Assembly (NCBI RefSeq): GCF_032055285.1
Contig: NZ_DAMBRE010000008.1
Span: 19,697-83,696 of the forward strand
DNA from: Brevundimonas sp.
Lineage (GTDB): Bacteria; Pseudomonadota; Alphaproteobacteria; Caulobacterales; Caulobacteraceae
Length of the DNA: 64,000 nt
Reading direction: 5' to 3'
Shown: piece after piece, positions 8,261 to 17,213 of the stretch
Position numbering within the stretch: the first letter of the stretch is position 1
Layout of the letters: every line of letters begins with the position of its first letter
The notes under the pieces: generated by a model
The model's database searches: none
What the model saw: only the letters and a program-made list of their open reading frames with translations
What the model was told of the DNA's origin: nothing
Position numbers and translations under genes: made by a program

Positions 8261-9052
8261 TCAGGGCCGCAGCGGATCAACCAGTAGCGCGGTCAGGTTC
8301 GGCGCCCCGCTCTCTCCCTCGACCCCCAGGTCCATCCCCGCCCGCTCCGCCGCCGGACGACGGCGATAGGTGCCGAACAGGCGGTCCCAGACGGACAGGA
8401 CCATGCCGAAATTGCTGTTGCCCTCGTCCATCCGCACTGAGTGATGCACGCGGTGCATGCCCGGCGTCACGACCACCAGCCGCAACGCCCGGTCGATCGG
8501 CTCAGGCAGGCGAACATCGGCATGGGTCACGAACTGCCACAGAGTGGTGATCAGCCCATAGGCCAGGATCACCAGCAGCGGAACGCCGAGGATGGCGAAG
8601 ACCGTCAGTTGCAGCGCCGCGCTGGCCAGAGTTTCCACCGGATGGTGCCGCACGCCCGTCGAGGCGTCCACGACCCCGTCGGTATGGTGCGCCCGGTGCA
8701 GCCGCCACAGCCAGGGCGCGCCATGGAACAGGGCGTGGCTCAGATAGGCCAGAAGGTCGATCAGCAGGAAGGAGACGACGACCAGCAGCCATGCGGGCAT
8801 CCCCAGTCCGGCCAGCGGCGGGAAGTGCAAGGCGCCCTGCAGCCAGGCTGCACCCTTGAGGATCAGGGGCGAGGCCGCGAAAACGGCGCCGAAGCCGATC
8901 AGGAAGAGGGCGGCGTTGGCGAACCAGCGCCGCCCGCGCAGCCCCCGATCGCTGCTCAACGGGAACAGACTCTCGACGCCCGCCAGGGCGACAAACGCCA
9001 GGGCGGTGAGCAGCAGCTGCCAGTGTGAGGATTGAACGAGAAGCTCGGCCAC
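8261..9052 (-). CDS. Sterol desaturase / fatty acid hydroxylase family membrane protein
   Basis: His boxes HALFH, HRAHHTD and HRVHH in a multi-TM protein; GTG start. Confidence 0.8.
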   Translation of the reverse strand: MAELLVQSSHWQLLLTALAFVALAGVESLFPLSSDRGLRGRRWFANAALFLIGFGAVFAASPLILKGAAWLQGALHFPPLAGLGMPAWLLVVVSFLLIDLLAYLSHALFHGAPWLWRLHRAHHTDGVVDASTGVRHHPVETLASAALQLTVFAILGVPLLVILAYGLITTLWQFVTHADVRLPEPIDRALRLVVVTPGMHRVHHSVRMDEGNSNFGMVLSVWDRLFGTYRRRPAAERAGMDLGVEGESGAPNLTALLVDPLRP

Positions 9053-9073
9053 GAACGCCTCTCGATCAGGAAA

Positions 9074-9397
9074 TCATTCGCCGGCGCGGATCTGTTCGCG
9101 GGCGATCGAGGCCAGTTCGTCCATCTTGGAGCGCAGTTCGCCTTCCGAGACGGTCAGGCCCGAGGCCTTGAAGTCGCCGGCGATCTTGCGGAACACGTCT
9201 TCCTCGCCCGGTTGTTCGAAGTCGGCGCGAACCACGGCGGCGGCGTACTGCTCGGCGCTGTCGGCCGACAGCTCCATCTTCTCGGCCGCCCAAAGGCCCA
9301 GCATCTTGTTGCGACGCGCGATGGCCTTGAACTCTTGTTCCTGATCGAGGGCGTATTTGGACTCGTAGCCCTTTTCCCGATCGTCGAAGGTCGTCAT
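9074..9397 (-). CDS. DUF1476 protein, F1-ATPase inhibitor subunit zeta-like
   Basis: MTTFDDREKGYESKYALDQEQEFKAIARRNKMLGLWAA...EDVFRKIAGDF closely parallels the Paracoccus zeta subunit. Confidence 0.8.
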   Translation of the reverse strand: MTTFDDREKGYESKYALDQEQEFKAIARRNKMLGLWAAEKMELSADSAEQYAAAVVRADFEQPGEEDVFRKIAGDFKASGLTVSEGELRSKMDELASIAREQIRAGE

Positions 9398-9662
9398 GCG
9401 CGTCGTAACTCCAGTCGCGGACGGAATAGCGAGGCCCGCATCGCCGTCTATAGCCCCCTCGCGGACGAACGCAACCAGACTTGCGGTCGCGCCCCTGACG
9501 CTAGGTTACAGGAGGATATTTGTGTCACAGACGCCCTTCGGTTAAAGGGCGTCCGGTCTTATATAGCCGCCATCGATTCAGGACCGCGCCGCCCACAGAT
9601 CGCCGGGCTGCGCGTTTTTCGTTTTGAGGCCGTCCGTTTCCTTCCCCTCCGGGACCCGAGTG

Positions 9663-10421
9663 ATGAACACCAAGCGCAAGAAGATCTACGAGGGCAAGGC
9701 CAAGATCCTGTACGAGGGTCCCGAGCCGGGCACCCTGGTCCAGTACTTCAAGGACGACGCCACCGCCTTCAACGCCCAGAAGAAGGCGACCTTGGAAGGC
9801 AAGGGCGTCATCAACAACCGCATCAGCGAATTCATCATGTCGCGCCTGAATTCGATCGGCGTGACCAACCACTTCATCAAGCGCCTGAACCTGCGCGAGC
9901 AGTTGATCCGCGAAGTCGAGATCATTCCGCTGGAAGTGGTCTGCCGCAACGTCGTCGCCGGTTCTCTGGCCCAGCGCCTGGGTCAGGAAGAGGGCACGCC
10001 CCTGCCTCGTTCGATCATCGAATTCTATTACAAGAAGGATGAGCTGAACGACCCGATGGTGACCGAAGAGCACATCACGGCGTTCAACTGGGCCACGACC
10101 CAGGAGCTGGACGACATCCTGGCCATGACGGTGCGCGTCAACGACTACCTGTGCGGCATGTTCGGCGCCGTCGGCATCACCCTGGTGGACTTCAAGATCG
10201 AGTTCGGCCGCGTCTGGGAAAACGACTTCGCCCGCGTCATCCTGGCCGACGAGATCAGCCCGGACAGCTGCCGTCTGTGGGACTCGACCACTGGCGAGAA
10301 GCTGGACAAGGACCGCTTCCGTCGCGACCTGGGCGACGTGATCGAAAGCTATACCGAGGTGGCCCGCCGCCTCGGCATCATGAAGGACATGCCGACCGTG
10401 ATCCAAGGGGGACTGCACTAA
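9663..10421 (+). CDS. purC: SAICAR synthetase
   Basis: [37 protein letters not shown]...; ATG 9663 lies inside the 9624 ORF. Confidence 0.95.
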   Translation: MNTKRKKIYEGKAKILYEGPEPGTLVQYFKDDATAFNAQKKATLEGKGVINNRISEFIMSRLNSIGVTNHFIKRLNLREQLIREVEIIPLEVVCRNVVAGSLAQRLGQEEGTPLPRSIIEFYYKKDELNDPMVTEEHITAFNWATTQELDDILAMTVRVNDYLCGMFGAVGITLVDFKIEFGRVWENDFARVILADEISPDSCRLWDSTTGEKLDKDRFRRDLGDVIESYTEVARRLGIMKDMPTVIQGGLH

Positions 10422-10660
10422 TGGCCAAGGTTAAGGTTCACGTCTTCCTCAAGCCCGGCGTTCTGGACGTTCAGGGCAAGGCCGTCGAAGGCGCCCTGCA
10501 GGGTCTGGGCTGGGCCGGCGTCGCCAACGCCCGCGTCGGCAAGCTGATCGAGTTCGACCTCGACGACAGCGTCTCCGACAAGGAAGCCGAGGTGAAGCGC
10601 ATGTGCGACACCCTGCTGGCCAATACGGTCATCGAAAGCTACCGGATCGAAGTCGCCTGA
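10421..10660 (+). CDS. purS: FGAM synthase subunit PurS
   Basis: 79 aa, [30 protein letters not shown]...; its ATG overlaps the purC stop (TAATG). It lies inside the frame listed as 10151-10660. Confidence 0.9.
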   Translation: MAKVKVHVFLKPGVLDVQGKAVEGALQGLGWAGVANARVGKLIEFDLDDSVSDKEAEVKRMCDTLLANTVIESYRIEVA

Positions 10661-10683
10661 CGGCGAATACGGTTTGAACGATC

Positions 10684-10716
10684 AAGGCCGCTCGAAAGAG
10701 CGGCCTTTTTCTTTTT
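10684..10716 (+). terminator. Intrinsic terminator after purS
   Basis: AAGGCCGCTC-GAAA-GAGCGGCCTT followed by TTTCTTTTT. Confidence 0.65.
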
Positions 10717-10836
10717 CCTCCCCACTGTGTGGGGAGGGGGACCACGAAATGGTGGAGGGGCCGCTTCACGCTCCAGCCCCTCCGTCACGTCGCCTAACGG
10801 CGCCGCGCCACCTCCCCATTTCATGGGGAGGAAAAG
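10709..10836. repeat. Family-A nested-palindrome repeat (copy A1)
   Basis: Terminal hairpins CCTCCCCAC-TGT-GTGGGGAGG and CCTCCCCAT-TTC-ATGGGGAGG flank a GGTGGAGGGGC...GCCCCTCC core. The same design recurs at 29341, 52363 and 55800. Confidence 0.7.
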
Positions 10837-10837
10837 C

Positions 10838-12037
10838 TCACTCGCACAGATAGTCCCGGCTCAGCGGCACGGCGGTTTGCTGCTTCGCCAACTGCAACTG
10901 GAAGACCATATGGCCCAGTTCGCGAAAGGCCACCTCGCTGGCGGCCAGGTAGAACTCCCACATCCGGCAGAACCCCTCGTCGTACATCGTCAGCGCCTCG
11001 TCACGCCGCGCCAGAAACCGCGTCCGCCATGCCTTCAGCGTCTCGGCGTAGTGCAGGCGCAGCACCTCCATGTCCGTGACCCACAGGCCCGCCCGTTCGA
11101 TGGCGGGCAGGACCTCGGACAGGGCGGGGATGTAGCCTCCGGGGAAGATGTACTTGCGGATGAAGGGCTGGGTGCGGCTGGGCGGGGTCTTGCGGCCGAT
11201 GGAATGGATCACCGCCACCCCGTCGTCCGTCAGCAGGCGCGCCACCCCGTCGAAATATTCCTGATAGTTGGGCGCCCCGACATGCTCGAACATGCCGACC
11301 GAGATGATGCGATCAAAAGTCTGCCGCAGGTCGCGATAGTCCTGAAGCCGGAACTCCGCCCGGTCGGCCAGACCCCGCGCCGCCGCGCGTTCATTGGCCG
11401 TGCGGTGCTGTTCGGTCGACAGGGTGATGCCGGTGACCCGCGCCCCGCGTTCGGCCATCGACAGGCCCAGGCCGCCCCAGCCGCAACCGATGTCCAGCGC
11501 GCTCTGCCCGGGCGTAAGCAGCAGCTTGTCGATCAGACGCCGCTTCTTGGCGACCTGGGCCTGATCCAGCGAGGCCTGCGGCGTCTCGAAGAAGGCGCAG
11601 GAATACTGCAGGTCCTCGTCCAGGAAGAGCCGATAGAAGTCGACCGTGAGGTCGTAATGATGGTGGACGTTGCTGCGGGCGTGCAGGCGGTCATTGGCCT
11701 GTTCCGCGCCGCGTCGGAGGCGTTGCAGCAGGGTCAGCTTCCTCGCGCGCGGTCGCATCGCCAGTTGCGAGGTCGTCAGTTGCAGGAAGTCGTAGATGTC
11801 ACCGCCCTCGACCCGGAAGGTCCCGTCCATGAAGGCCTCGCCCAGGGCCAATTCCGGATTGGCGGCGATGGCCAGGGCCGTCTTCGTGCCCGCAATCACA
11901 ACCGTCAGTTCCGGCTCGCCCGGTCCCGCTGTCAGTTCACGACCATCCGGCAGGCGCACCCGCACGGCCCGCGTCAGGAAGGTCTGGTCGAGAAGGGCTT
12001 GCAGCATCCGGCGCTCCGCGCTTTGAACCTGGATCAA
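10838..12037 (-). CDS. cfa: Cyclopropane-fatty-acyl-phospholipid synthase family methyltransferase
   Basis: SAM motif LDIGCGWGGLGLSMAER plus CMAS-family length and pattern. Confidence 0.85.
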   Translation of the reverse strand: MIQVQSAERRMLQALLDQTFLTRAVRVRLPDGRELTAGPGEPELTVVIAGTKTALAIAANPELALGEAFMDGTFRVEGGDIYDFLQLTTSQLAMRPRARKLTLLQRLRRGAEQANDRLHARSNVHHHYDLTVDFYRLFLDEDLQYSCAFFETPQASLDQAQVAKKRRLIDKLLLTPGQSALDIGCGWGGLGLSMAERGARVTGITLSTEQHRTANERAAARGLADRAEFRLQDYRDLRQTFDRIISVGMFEHVGAPNYQEYFDGVARLLTDDGVAVIHSIGRKTPPSRTQPFIRKYIFPGGYIPALSEVLPAIERAGLWVTDMEVLRLHYAETLKAWRTRFLARRDEALTMYDEGFCRMWEFYLAASEVAFRELGHMVFQLQLAKQQTAVPLSRDYLCE

Positions 12038-12123
12038 GCTTGGCTAGGAACAGACTGTCGCAGCGCAACGGTGTGGAAGCCCGACCGTTCCGTCGACGAA
12101 CCAGATACAAGGGAGCGCCGCCG

Positions 12124-12609
12124 ATGACCTTCACCCTTACCTCCGCCGATATCCGCGACGGCGGCGTCCTGCCCGACGCCCAGGTGAAGGCCCTGGGAGA
12201 CACCTCGCCCCAGCTGTCCTGGTCCGGCGCGCCGGAGGGGACCAAGAGCTACGCCGTCACCTGCTATGATCCCGACGCCCCGACCGGTTCGGGCTTCTGG
12301 CACTGGACCGTCGCCAACATCCCCGCCGACGTGACCGAGCTGGCGGCGGGCGCGGGCGCCGTCGGCGGCGCCAACCTGCCCAAGGGCGCGGTTCAGGGCC
12401 GCACCGACTATGGCGAGGCCGGTTTCGGCGGCGCCGCCCCGCCTCCCGGCCACGGCCCGCATCGCTACATCTTCACCGTCTTCGCCGTGGACGTGGATCA
12501 TCTGTCGGTGAGCGCCGACAACTCGGGCGCCATATTCGGCTTCAACCTGCATTTCCACACCCTGGCCAAGGCCTCGATCACCGCCACCTACGAGAACCTG
12601 GGCGGGTGA
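12124..12609 (+). CDS. YbhB/YbcL family PEBP (Raf kinase inhibitor-like) protein
   Basis: YDPDAPTGSGFWHWTVANIP and GHGPHRYIFTVFAVD motifs; ATG 12124 lies inside the 12040 ORF. Confidence 0.85.
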   Translation: MTFTLTSADIRDGGVLPDAQVKALGDTSPQLSWSGAPEGTKSYAVTCYDPDAPTGSGFWHWTVANIPADVTELAAGAGAVGGANLPKGAVQGRTDYGEAGFGGAAPPPGHGPHRYIFTVFAVDVDHLSVSADNSGAIFGFNLHFHTLAKASITATYENLGG

Positions 12610-13031
12610 CGGCGACAGCGCGCGATCACCACCAAAGGCTGGCGGCGGTTCCCGAACTGTACCGCCGCCTTATGGCCCAGCCGCTCAAGGCCCTGACGCG
12701 GGCGCGCCTGCCGGAGTCGGGGGCGGTCTACGTCTTCTATCAGGAGGGCGAGCCGATCCATGTGGGCAGCCCGCCCCATCTGGAGGAGCGAATGCTGGCC
12801 CCCTCGCTACGCCTGGCGCTAGCCGCCCAGGTGCACAAGCCAAGCCACGGCGCCCCGCGGATCAGCGTCAGCGAACCCTCGCCTCGCCCCGGTCGCCGCA
12901 AGCCGATCAAGGCCCGCTGGCTGAGCGTCCCCGATGGTCACGACCGGTTGCTGCTGGAGCTTTACGCCGCCCAGACCCTGGGCCTGTCGGTGTCACACCC
13001 CAAGGTCCGCGCCGAACTGGCCGCCGTCTGA
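12606..13031 (+). CDS. Hypothetical protein with degenerate GIY-YIG-like N-terminal motif
   Basis: The GTG start overlaps the PEBP stop (GTGA). GAVYVFYQEGEPIHVG and a later LLLELYAAQTLG resemble small GIY-YIG-superfamily proteins, but with Tyr replaced by His. Confidence 0.4.
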   Translation: MTATARDHHQRLAAVPELYRRLMAQPLKALTRARLPESGAVYVFYQEGEPIHVGSPPHLEERMLAPSLRLALAAQVHKPSHGAPRISVSEPSPRPGRRKPIKARWLSVPDGHDRLLLELYAAQTLGLSVSHPKVRAELAAV

Positions 13032-13142
13032 ACCGCGCCGCCAACAAAGCGTGATGACCTGATCTCCCCCGCCGAGGTTGCGCCTCTGGCCCCGGCCCCT
13101 ATTTTGCGACGCAGCGTAAAGTTTGTTGCATTGCGATAGTTC

Positions 13143-14378
13143 ATGGCCCCCACCGACACCGCCGCCTGTATCGACGACCGCGCCTGCGCGCCGTCGCCCG
13201 CGATGGAGACGGTCGCCGCTCCGGGCAAGGTGGCCCTGGTCCTGCTGGCCCTGGCCATGGGCGGGTTCGCCATCGGCGTCACCGAGTTCGCAGCCATGAG
13301 CGTCCTGCCGGACTTCGCGGCGGGTCTGGGCGTCGATGAACCCACCGCCGGCCACGTCATCAGCGCCTACGCCGCCGGCGTCGTGGTCGGGGCGCCGATC
13401 CTGGCCGTGCTGGGCGCGCGCCTGCCGCGCTGGCTGCTGCTCATCGGCTTCATGGCCCTGTTCGCCGTCGGCAATGCGCTGAGCGCCATCGCCCCCAGCT
13501 ATGAGTGGATGCTGGCATTCCGCTTCCTCAGCGGTATTCCGCACGGGGCCTATTTCGGCGTGGCGGCCCTGGTGGCGGCCTCGCTGGTGCCGCTTCGGCT
13601 AAGGACGCGCGCCGTCTCGACCATCTTGCTGGGCCTGACCGTCGCCACCGTCATCGGCGTGCCGGTCGCCACCGCCGTCAGCCACGCCTTCGGCTGGCGC
13701 TGGACCTTCGCCATCGTCAGCGTTCTGGCGATCGTCACCATGGCCCTGGTGGCCCTGTTCGCCCCGCGCGATCCGGCCCATGTCGACGCCAGCCCCCTGC
13801 GCGAGTTGGGCGCCCTGAAACGCGGGCAGGTCTGGCTGACCCTCGGCGTCGGGGCCATCGGCTTCGGCGGCATGTTCGCGGTCTATGCCTACCTGGCCTC
13901 GACCCTGACCGCCGTGACCGGCGTCGGGCCCGAGGTCCTGCCCTGGGTCTTCGCCATGTTCGGTCTGGGCATGATGAGCGGCAACCTGCTGGGCGCCTGG
14001 GCCGCCGACCGCTACGGCATGAAGGCGGCGGGCGGCCTGCTGCTCTGGAGCGCCGCGGCCCTGGCCCTCTACCCCTTCGCGGCCCCGCATCTGGGAGCCA
14101 TGCTGATCGTGGTCTTCCTGATCGGCGGCGGCGGCGGGCTGGGGTCCATCCTGCAGACCCGGCTGATGGACGTGGCGGGCGACGCCCAGACCCTGGCCGC
14201 CGCCCTGAACCACTCGGCCTTCAACACCGCCAACGCCATCGGCCCCCTGCTGGGCGGCATGGCCGTGGCGGCGGGCTGGGGCTGGACCTCGACCGGCTGG
14301 GTCGGCGTGGCCCTGTCGCTGGGCGGCTTCGCGGTTTGGGTCGTCGCCTGGCTGGCGGGGCGCGGCAGACCGTCGTGA
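13143..14378 (+). CDS. MFS transporter (DHA1-like, 12 TM)
   Basis: 411 aa and hydrophobic throughout, with MFS loop motifs such as GARLPRWLLL. Confidence 0.85.
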   Translation: MAPTDTAACIDDRACAPSPAMETVAAPGKVALVLLALAMGGFAIGVTEFAAMSVLPDFAAGLGVDEPTAGHVISAYAAGVVVGAPILAVLGARLPRWLLLIGFMALFAVGNALSAIAPSYEWMLAFRFLSGIPHGAYFGVAALVAASLVPLRLRTRAVSTILLGLTVATVIGVPVATAVSHAFGWRWTFAIVSVLAIVTMALVALFAPRDPAHVDASPLRELGALKRGQVWLTLGVGAIGFGGMFAVYAYLASTLTAVTGVGPEVLPWVFAMFGLGMMSGNLLGAWAADRYGMKAAGGLLLWSAAALALYPFAAPHLGAMLIVVFLIGGGGGLGSILQTRLMDVAGDAQTLAAALNHSAFNTANAIGPLLGGMAVAAGWGWTSTGWVGVALSLGGFAVWVVAWLAGRGRPS

Positions 14379-14474
14379 TCACGACCGCCCCAAGCGTTGC
14401 CATAAGCAACGAAGGGTGCTCTTACCCACCAGTAGGGAATCAAGTTTTCTTGGCTGGAAGGGACAGGCGCCATC

Positions 14475-15578
14475 ATGAACATTATGGCATTCACCCGGCG
14501 TGCGCGATGCGCGCTGCTCGGTGCAACCCTTTCAATAGGCCTGGCCGGGCCAGCGTTCGCCCAGACCCTGTATGTCGCCAACGCCGGTTCCAACACGGTT
14601 TCGATCATTCGCCCCAATGAGGGGAATTCGATCCAGAACGTCGCCGTCGGGGCCAATCCCCAGGGCATAGCCATCTCGCCCAACAGCGCCCGCGCTTACA
14701 CCGCCAACGCCGGCGCCGGCACGGTTTCGGTCGTCGACACCGCCAACCACGTCTTGCTGACCACCATTCCCGTAGGAAGCACGCCCTATGGCGTGGCCGT
14801 CTCGCCCAACGGCGCCCGCGCCTACAGCGCCAATTTCGGATCGGACACCGTTTCGGTCATCAACACGAGCACCAATACGGTCATCGGCACTGTGAATGTC
14901 GAGGATGGCCCGATCAGCGTGGCCGTCTCGCCCGACAACGCCTTTGTCTATGCGGTCAACTTCAACAGCAGCACGGTCTCTGTGATCCGCACCAGCGACA
15001 ATACCGTCGTCGCCAGCGTTCCAGCTCAGACGTCCGCCTACAATGTCGCCTTCTCTAACGACGGAAGCTTCGCCTATGTCGCCAACGGCAACGGCAGCTC
15101 CCTGACGAAAATCCAGACCAGCGACCACACGGTGATCGCTAACTATGCGGTTGGTTCCACCCCTCACGCCTCCGCCGTGCACCCGAACGGCGCTCGGGTC
15201 TATGTCGCCAGCTACAATGCCAGCGGCGTTGTCTATGGCTATGACACGACGGTTCACGCGCAGACATCCGCCACCAACGTAGGATCGAACCCTCACGCCC
15301 TGGCTTTTTCCGGCGACGGATCACGCCTCTATGTCGCCAACTACGGCGTCCACGGCGGCGGCGGCCCCGGAACGGTCTCGGTCATCAACACGGCGACAAA
15401 CGGCGTGGTCGACACCATCACCGTCGGCGTCAATCCCGCCAGCATCGCGGTGGGCCCCACGACCACCTCGACGCCCGCCGCCGTCCCGACCTTGACGGAG
15501 TGGGCCATGATTCTGCTGGCCGTGGCCCTGGCGGGCTTTGCAGCCCTGACCCTGCAGCGCCGTCGCCAGACGGCCTGA
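14475..15578 (+). CDS. YVTN/YncE-type beta-propeller repeat protein with IPTL-CTERM tail
   Basis: Repeated about-40-aa units (YVANxGSNTVSVI...P.GVAVSP.G). The C-terminus AVPTLTEWAMILLAVALAGFAALTLQRRR is an IPTL-CTERM-type tail. Confidence 0.8.
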   Translation: MNIMAFTRRARCALLGATLSIGLAGPAFAQTLYVANAGSNTVSIIRPNEGNSIQNVAVGANPQGIAISPNSARAYTANAGAGTVSVVDTANHVLLTTIPVGSTPYGVAVSPNGARAYSANFGSDTVSVINTSTNTVIGTVNVEDGPISVAVSPDNAFVYAVNFNSSTVSVIRTSDNTVVASVPAQTSAYNVAFSNDGSFAYVANGNGSSLTKIQTSDHTVIANYAVGSTPHASAVHPNGARVYVASYNASGVVYGYDTTVHAQTSATNVGSNPHALAFSGDGSRLYVANYGVHGGGGPGTVSVINTATNGVVDTITVGVNPASIAVGPTTTSTPAAVPTLTEWAMILLAVALAGFAALTLQRRRQTA

Positions 15579-15603
15579 GCCGCCGGACGACTGATACGAC
15601 AGC

Positions 15604-15636
15604 AAAGGCCGCCCGCCGTGGGCGGCCTTTTCATTT
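15604..15636 (+). terminator. Intrinsic terminator
   Basis: AAAGGCCGCCC-GCCGT-GGGCGGCCTTT followed by TCATTT. Confidence 0.65.
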
Positions 15637-15684
15637 CGCGGCCCCGCCTGACATTCGTCGCGAAGGGTGCTAGGAGGCCCGGCC

Positions 15685-16347
15685 ATGAGCGCAGCCGTCA
15701 TCGTCTTCCCGGGTTCCAACTGCGACCGCGACTGCAAGGTCGCCGTCGAACGTTCCACTGGCGAACAGGTCCAAATGGTCTGGCACGCCGAGACCGAGCT
15801 GCCGAAGGGCCTCGATCTGATCGTCCTGCCGGGCGGCTTCTCCTACGGCGACTATCTGCGCTGCGGCGCGATGGCGGCCCAGGCCCCGATCATGCAGGCG
15901 GTCAAGAAGGCCGCCGACGACGGCGTCGCCGTCCTGGGCATCTGCAACGGCTTCCAGGTCCTGTGCGAGGCCGGCATGCTGCCGGGCGCCCTGCTGCGCA
16001 ACGCCGGTCTGAAATACGTCTGCAAGCCGATCAGCCTGACGGTCGCCAACGGCCAGACCCGCTTCACCTCGGGCTATCAGGGCCAGCGCGAAGTCGTCAT
16101 GACCCAGGGCAACGGCGACGGAAACTACTTCGCCGACGCCGAGACCCTGGCCCGCCTCGAGGGCGAAGGCCAGGTGGTGTTCCGCTACGTCGACAACCCC
16201 AACGGCTCGGTCGCCGACATCGCCGGCATCCAGAACGCGCGTGGGAACGTGCTGGGCATGATGCCCCACCCCGACCGCGCCTTCGAAGCCGAACTGGGCA
16301 GCGCCGACGGCGCCACCCTGTTCCAGAGCATCTACGCCGCCGCCTGA
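15685..16347 (+). CDS. purQ: FGAM synthase glutaminase subunit
   Basis: [17 protein letters not shown]..., GICNGFQ nucleophile motif, MPHPDR; AGGAGG lies 6 nt upstream of ATG 15685. Confidence 0.93.
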   Translation: MSAAVIVFPGSNCDRDCKVAVERSTGEQVQMVWHAETELPKGLDLIVLPGGFSYGDYLRCGAMAAQAPIMQAVKKAADDGVAVLGICNGFQVLCEAGMLPGALLRNAGLKYVCKPISLTVANGQTRFTSGYQGQREVVMTQGNGDGNYFADAETLARLEGEGQVVFRYVDNPNGSVADIAGIQNARGNVLGMMPHPDRAFEAELGSADGATLFQSIYAAA

Positions 16348-16403
16348 TTGGCTGACGGAACAGTCTAGGCTAGACATTCCGACGATTGTCGTCGGGGGTC
16401 GCC

Positions 16404-17213
16404 ATGTTGTCTCGTCTTCTGCCTGTCTGCACAGCGATGCTCATCGCAGCATCGAGTTTGCCCGCCCAGGCTCAGGACGCCGAAGCTGCGGGCCAGGACT
16501 GGATCCTGGCCGACATCCCCGAGCGCAAGGCCGTCGTGGCCTTGGCCGAGTTCGACAACGGCGTCACCCTGTCCAGCCGTTGCATGGACAACGTGTTCGA
16601 GGTCACCATCCACGGTCTGCCCGAGGCGCGAGGCGAGTCGCGAACCTTGCAGATCAGCGTGGGCGGCGACGCCCCCTATGCCAGCGCCTGGACGGTTGGA
16701 ACCGACAGGGGGGCAGCCTTCAGTCGCGTACCGGCCCGATTGGCGCGCGAACTCGCCAAGGGCGGCAAGCTGGAAATCGGCGTGCCAGGTCCGCGAGGGC
16801 GCCCCGGCACCCGCTACATCATGGAATTGGCGCCTTCCAGTTCGGCGATCGAACGGACCCTGACCGCCTGCGGTCGCGCCCTGGTCGATCCCCGTGATCT
16901 GCATAGCGGCGACGAGGCGGAAAGCGGTCTGCCCGCCGGCATCGCCTGGGATCAGGCGCCCCGGCCCACCTTCCCGGGATCGGTCAGGGGACGCAGCCCG
17001 ACCAAGGGGTTCGTGACCATGACCTGCGTGACCCGCACAACGGGTCGCCTCGAAGACTGCGTGATCGAGAGCGAACATCCCGGAGGCTTCAATCTGGGTC
17101 GATCCGTTCGCGATTCCCTGTCGCGGGCCAAGGTGCGCTCCGCTGACCGCGCCAGTCCGCTGATCGACGGCCGCATGATCATGTTCACGGTCGCCTTCGT
17201 GATGGAGCCCTAG
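16404..17213 (+). CDS. Secreted hypothetical protein, TonB-C-like C-terminal region
   Basis: Signal peptide MLSRLLPVCTAMLIAASSLPAQA. The function call is tentative. Confidence 0.5.
   Translation: MLSRLLPVCTAMLIAASSLPAQAQDAEAAGQDWILADIPERKAVVALAEFDNGVTLSSRCMDNVFEVTIHGLPEARGESRTLQISVGGDAPYASAWTVGTDRGAAFSRVPARLARELAKGGKLEIGVPGPRGRPGTRYIMELAPSSSAIERTLTACGRALVDPRDLHSGDEAESGLPAGIAWDQAPRPTFPGSVRGRSPTKGFVTMTCVTRTTGRLEDCVIESEHPGGFNLGRSVRDSLSRAKVRSADRASPLIDGRMIMFTVAFVMEP

Noticed and set aside
9398-9662. ZTP (pfl) or purine riboswitch upstream of purC.
   Set aside because: I could not find the conserved ZTP cores (GGGUCGUGAC...GGCG / CCGCCUGGGC) or the purine-riboswitch junction. Only a generic hairpin and a mini-ORF are present.
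10727-12127. 466-aa plus-strand ORF starting inside repeat A1.
   Set aside because: Its N-terminus is repeat-derived (PPPHFMGRK-type translation), and the rest is antisense to the well-supported cfa gene.
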